A stretch of 64,000 bases of DNA from Centroscyllium fabricii (lineage: Eukaryota): the NCBI GenBank assembly GCA_051313645.2, contig JBNRSN020000008.1, forward strand, positions 68,200,001-68,264,000. The letters run 5' to 3'. Under the pieces are notes generated by a model. The model did no database searches. It had not been told where the DNA came from and saw nothing but the letters and a program-made list of their open reading frames with translations. The position numbers and the translations under genes were made by a program. Of the stretch, positions 58,925-64,000 are shown one piece after another. Every line of letters starts with the position of its first letter. Position 1 is the stretch's first letter.

Positions 58925-61900
58925 ATTCAAGATTCAAGATTCAAGATCATTTTATTGCCATGTGTAACTCGCACAATGGAATGCTTACTCCCCATTCACT
59001 CCCACAATTATAAATGTAGAAAAGCAAAAAGTAAAAAGTAAAAAAAAAAGTATAAATATAGAAAAAATAATAATCAAATAAACAAATAAATAACGAGTGC
59101 AGTTAGCAGTTCAGTAGGTGCACTGCCTGTGGGTAGAAACTGTTTTTGAACCTGCTGGTCCTGGTTCGGATGCTGCGGTACCGACGGCCGAACCGCAGGA
59201 GGGAGAACAGATCGTGCCCAGGGTGATTGGGGTCCTTGATGATGGAGCGGGCCTTGTTCCGACATCTGGTCTGGAAGATCTCCTCAATGGATGGAAGTGC
59301 ACACCCGATAATTTTTTCTGCCGTCCTCACGACCCTCTGAATGGCTTTCCTGTCCTGAGCAGTGGTGTTGCCATACCACACAGTGACGCCACCCGACAAG
59401 ACGCTCTCTATGGTGCCGCGGTAAAAGTTCACAAGCCATTGTGTGCTTATGCCGCATTTCCTCAGGCACCGCAGAGGGTAGAGGCGCTGGTGTGCCTTCT
59501 TCAACATTGCCTCGGTGTTAAAGTTCCAAGTCAGATCATCAGAGATCTGCAGACCTAGGAATCGGAAGCAGCTGACTATTTCTACCGGTGTCCCACCTAT
59601 GATAATTGGTCGGTGGTTCTCTTGATGGCATCTGAAGTCCACGATGAGTTCCTTAGTCTTGCTGACGTTCAGGGCAAGGTTGTTATCATTACACCATCTC
59701 ATCAGCTGAACTATCTCATCCCTGTACTCCGTCTCATCGTCGTTGCTAATCAGGGCAATTACCGTGGTGTCATCGGCAAACTTTATTATCCTGTTGTTGC
59801 TGTGTCGGGCTGTACAATCGTTTGTAAACAGAGAGTACAACCGAGGACTGAGGCAGCAGCCTTGTGGCGCTCCGGTATTGAGGACCAGTGTGGATGAGAT
59901 GTTGTTCCCTATTTTCACCACTTGAGGCCTACCAGTCAGGAAGTCCAGAATCCAGTTGCAGATGGGGGTGCCCAGACCTAGGACCTTCAGTTTCAGGATT
60001 AGCTTGGAGGGAACAATGGTGTTAAATGCAGAGCTATAGTCGATGAACAACATTCTGACATAGGTCTCCCTTTTATCTAGGTGTTCTAGGACAGTGTGCA
60101 GTGTTAGGGAGATGGCGTCGTCCACAGACCTGTTCGCCCTGTATGCGAACTGGAATGGATCCAAGGAATCGGGGATGATGCTGTTTATGTGTGTCATGAC
60201 CAGCTTTTCCAGGCATTTCATAGCTATGGATGTTAGAGCTACCGGTCGATAGTCATTGAGACCTGTTACCTTGGTCTTCTTTGGTAACGGCACAATGGTT
60301 GTCTCCTTGAAACACATTGGCACAACAGACTGCTGTAGTGAGATGTTAGAAATGTCTGTGAACACAGGAGCCAGCTGGTCTGCACATGTCTTGAAGACGC
60401 GGGGTGGAACTCCGTCTGGACCGGCTGCCTTTCGTGCCTTCACCCTCCTGAAGGTTTTGCAGACCTCGGACTCAGTCACTTGTAGTATGTAGTCCTCTGG
60501 GTGACATGGGTTTTTTATGGCCTGCTCAGTGTTATCCCTATCAAAGCGAGCATAGAAGGTGTTCAGCTCGTCTGGTAGGGAGGGATCAGTGTTGGTGACA
60601 CCCGCTGATCTTTCCTTACAGTTGGTGATGGCCCTCAGTCCCTGCCACATGTGTCTGGCATCGGAACCCCCGCCGTACAGGGACTCCAGTTTATCCCTGA
60701 AGTCTCTTTTTGCTGTTTTAATCACCCTTATAAGGTCATACTTGGCCTTCTTGTAGACTTCGCTCTCCCCTGATTTAAAAGCGGAACGTCGTTCTCTCAG
60801 TTTGTTATAGATGTTTGAATTCATCCACGGTTTACGGTTGGGAAATGAACGGACAGTCTTGGTAGGAATGCATTCATCTACCAGTTTGTTGATGTATCCA
60901 TTGACGTGGTCTGCATACACATCTAGGTCTGGGTTCTTGAAGACACTCCAGTCCGTTTTTTCCAGCCCGCCCTGCAGTTTAAGTTCGTTGTCCGCTGTCC
61001 AGATTCTTACTGTTTTCATTGTTATCGGTGTGTTTTTTAACTTCTGTTTATAAACAGGAAGTAGGAGCACGGAGGCGTGGTCTGACTTGCCGAAGCCCGG
61101 CCGAGCAATGGCACGGAAGGCATGTTGAATTGTAGTATAACACTGATCCAGAGTTTTTCCATTTCTTGTTGGACAGGAGATGTTTTGAAAGTATTTCGGC
61201 ATAACTTTCTTTAGGTTGCAGTGATTAAAGTCTCCTGCAATGATGGAAACTGCCTCGGGATACCGGTTCTGAACTTTACTGATCTCACTGTAAAGTTCAC
61301 TCAATGCAGTGTTTTCATTGGCTCGTGGTTGAATGTAAACAGCAGACATAAGAATAGCAGAGATTTCCCTCGGTAGATAAAAAGGGCGACACTTGATTGT
61401 TAGTAGTTCCAAGTTGGCTGTACAGTGCTGTGAAAGTACCTGGACATCTGTACACCATTTGTTGTTGATCAGGCAGCAGACACCACCGCCTCTGTTCTTC
61501 CCTGTAGAGTCAAATGTTCTGTCGGTCCTAAACAAAACAAATCCCTGGGGCTGCACCTCATCAGCAGGTATCATGGAGGTTAACCACGACTCTGTTAGAA
61601 TCATTGCACAGCACTCCCTAATGACGCGCTGTGAGGCGATGCGGCAGTTCAGCTCGTCAATCTTGTTAACCAGAGATTGAACATTTGCAAGGAGAATGCT
61701 GGGCAAGGCTGGTTTCCAACCCCGTCGGCGCAATCTAACTAGCAGGCCTGCCCGTGACCCCCGCCTGTGGGCTCGTTTGCACCTACTTCCGTGAGCCTGA
61801 TGGTTCTGGTCGAGGGGTGGGCTCATCTGCACTCTATTGACTCTCAGTACCTCCACAGGTAAGTCCTTTGTTAACTTGCTTGTTGTAATCTCTGTATTTA

Positions 61901-62510
61901 CATAAAAATCAGCTGAGATGTTCCGTAAGTCCAAGAGTGATTGGCGACTATATCTAACAACTTTCACGCTCAGGCCAGACATGATTATTAGTTAGTTAGT
62001 TAAAAAATAAATAAATAATAAATAAATAAATAAATAGATAATAAATAGATAGAGCTTTAAATATTACAATAAAAAAACCAGCAATGAGGCAACCAGGCCT
62101 CAGAGTGATGGCAGTAACAGCAGACCCGTAGGAGATGAGGCAGCCAAGCAGAAGCGTTGATCCAACGACGGCAAGGCAGGCAGGTCCAGAGCGGCAGCAG
62201 CAGCTGAGCCATGGCAGACAAGGCGACGGCCGAGAAGAGAAACGACCAGAGCCGAGACAATCAGTCCCAGGGCAAGTAAGCCCAAAAATCGGCAAAATAA
62301 CGACCCGCGAAAGACGAGACAGGCAGGTCCAGTTGTGAGGCAGGTAGACCCCGAAGACATGGCAGCAACAACGGACCACGGAGACAAAGCGGCCAGGCAG
62401 AGAAAACGATCCAAAAGTTGGATGAAATTTACAAAGTGAAAGTTACGTTAAAAACAAGAGTGTGGGAGCTCCACAGAGACTCGTCTGCTCTTCTCCAGCG
62501 CCGATGGGTT
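58925..62510 (-). mobile_element. Apparently full-length Rex1/Babar LINE
   Basis: Intact ORF, about 500 nt of leader, AATAAA and an (ATCTTGA)n tail. The 5' boundary is approximate. Confidence 0.85.
59103..61982 (-). CDS. APE endonuclease + reverse transcriptase (959 aa)
   Basis: LANVQSL, LTESWL, AGDFN, SDH; YRPVAL, DYSSAFNTI, GAPQG, FADD. Confidence 0.95.
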   Translation of the reverse strand: MSGLSVKVVRYSRQSLLDLRNISADFYVNTEITTSKLTKDLPVEVLRVNRVQMSPPLDQNHQAHGSRCKRAHRRGSRAGLLVRLRRRGWKPALPSILLANVQSLVNKIDELNCRIASQRVIRECCAMILTESWLTSMIPADEVQPQGFVLFRTDRTFDSTGKNRGGGVCCLINNKWCTDVQVLSQHCTANLELLTIKCRPFYLPREISAILMSAVYIQPRANENTALSELYSEISKVQNRYPEAVSIIAGDFNHCNLKKVMPKYFQNISCPTRNGKTLDQCYTTIQHAFRAIARPGFGKSDHASVLLLPVYKQKLKNTPITMKTVRIWTADNELKLQGGLEKTDWSVFKNPDLDVYADHVNGYINKLVDECIPTKTVRSFPNRKPWMNSNIYNKLRERRSAFKSGESEVYKKAKYDLIRVIKTAKRDFRDKLESLYGGGSDARHMWQGLRAITNCKERSAGVTNTDPSLPDELNTFYARFDRDNTEQAIKNPCHPEDYILQVTESEVCKTFRRVKARKAAGPDGVPPRVFKTCADQLAPVFTDISNISLQQSVVPMCFKETTIVPLPKKTKVTGLNDYRPVALTSIAMKCLEKLVMTHINSIIPDSLDPFQFAYRANRSVDDAISLTLHTVLEHLDKRETYVRMLFIDYSSAFNTIVPSKLILKLKVLGLGTPICNWILDFLTGRPQVVKIGNNISSTLVLNTGAPQGCCLSPRLYSLFTNDCTARHSNNRIIKFADDTTVIALISNDDETEYRDEIVQLMRWCNDNNLALNVSKTKELIVDFRCHQENHRPIIIGGTPVEIVSCFRFLGLQISDDLTWNFNTEAMLKKAHQRLYPLRCLRKCGISTQWLVNFYRGTIESVLSGGVTVWYGNTTAQDRKAIQRVVRTAEKIIGCALPSIEEIFQTRCRNKARSIIKDPNHPGHDLFSLLRFGRRYRSIRTRTSRFKNSFYPQAVHLLNC

Positions 62511-63079
62511 CCCTCAAAATAAAGCCTTCAATGACTAACAAAATCAAAGCTTAGGTAATTAATAAGATCAAGCAATTCCTTGTATAGGATTTTATGTAGT
62601 GCAGGGAAATGCCAAAATGCTTCACATTTGATTTATAAAATAACATTGCCCGGCAGGTTCCTCGGAGATGCTCCCACTCCACTGCTGTAACTCATATAAC
62701 TACCCGGTTTCTGTAAAAGTACTGACTTAATTGTTTTTAGATTGGTGAACAGTGCAGAAATGATATCTCGAATTTTGGGGGAGCAGAACTGTAAGAACTC
62801 AGTGAGCTTGCTGCAAAGAGCTCTGTTGCAATTCTATGTGCTACTGTAAGCTTGTAGTTAAATGGGCATAATTTGAATTTAGTAGATGAATACCATTTAC
62901 TTAAAGTAGCGACAGCATGACCCCCAATATACACACGTGCACTTGCACACGCGCACACACTACCTTATAGTGCCAATGACACTCAAACAGAAAAAAAGTA
63001 GAATTTGTTTTGGTAGGGAGTGAGAATCATTATTTTCCAGTTTAGCTAGATTAATGTTGCCTAAATTTATTAAATATGT

Positions 63080-63200
63080 TCACTGGGAATTTCCTTGGGG
63101 CTTCTCCGCTGTAACTTTGGCAGAAGCTCTTTGGAAATTATGTTTACTTCCGCCAAAGCTACGATGGAGCATTAGAAACCCCTAGGAGATTGCTGGTGGT
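63080..63200. repeat. Degraded palindromic MITE-like element
   Basis: gtaactttggcagaag / cttccgccaaagctac inverted arms. Related remnant near 62650-62700. Confidence 0.45.
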
Positions 63201-63432
63201 TATTTTGTACATGTACAGGGCCTAACTGAAATATTAACAGACGATGATATTTCTGTTACAATTTTGTAGCAATTCATGGTTTGAGGTTTAGGACCACTGT
63301 AAATTGATCAAGTGATACGGACTTTAAATGCACTGCTCCAGTCAAAGGCAAAGGTGATGGCAGGAAAGCATATGTACATACACGCACACACACACCTTCA
63401 TATATATGTGCAGCTAGAGCGAGAGAGGTGGA

Positions 63433-63645
63433 ATTTCAATTCAATTCAATTCAATTCAAGTTTTATTGTCATTGCAGACTACTAGTATAATACAACGAGA
63501 CGAAGACTCGACTCTCCCGAGAGTAGTGCAAATAAATTACATGCAAATTGCATACAGTAAAGTACATTATCAGGCGTGCAGGTACCGGAGTTTATTTTTA
63601 GAGTTCAGGAGGCTGACAGCCCTGGAAAAGAAGCTGTTCTGAAAT
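63433..63645 (-). mobile_element. Rex1/Babar 3' remnant
   Basis: Reverse complement of the 39636 and 381 family, with (TTGAA)n tail. Confidence 0.75.
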
Positions 63646-64000
63646 CTAGTCTGCACTGAGCTGTATAGTTATATTGTAGAACTAGCATACATAACTTTCG
63701 AATAAAGTTGTAGCAAGGGACCACTATATTTGATTTCTAGCATGACTACATCCAACTATTCATTGTTGAAGTCGATGTGTATGTTAGCTATCATGAATTT
63801 CTGCTGTCATTTGTGTCTGTTATGAACTGTTTCTGTTACTATGGTAACATCCAAGCTGTGAATGTAATCACACCTTCTGTTTTACTTGTGATGTTTTTAA
63901 GAATTGACTAAACAACTTAATGAAGATGCTTAAATCCCAAACAGTTACAGAAATTGATGTGTAAACTGATTGATTTTCCAGAAATGCTTTTCATTAGCAT

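Overview
A eukaryotic, transposon-saturated window. HE1-like V-SINEs sharing 3' tails with CR1 (HER1-like) LINEs point to a shark or ray genome. I found no convincing host-gene exon. The window holds four independently inserted CsRn1-type Gypsy LTR retrotransposons (tRNA-Trp PBS, CHCC Gag, 4-bp TSDs), one of them with an intact 1276-aa ORF. A second Gypsy lineage is present as one full element, the 5' end of another at the left edge, and a solo LTR. There is also an apparently intact Rex1/Babar LINE, CR1/L2/RTE and other LINE fragments, a Penelope element with a degenerate hammerhead, SINEs, and Harbinger, hAT and TA-type MITEs, often nested. Best lead: the second Gypsy lineage has no tRNA primer-binding site. 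Instead, the 13-14 nt just after the 5' LTR are exactly complementary to the poly(A)-signal segment of the same LTR, with compensatory changes between two divergent copies, which suggests self-priming outside the Tf1/sushi chromoviruses. Its RT motif reads YLDN. All LTR elements and most long LINE copies are on the minus strand. Family names come from motif recognition, not database searches, and boundaries of degraded fragments are approximate.
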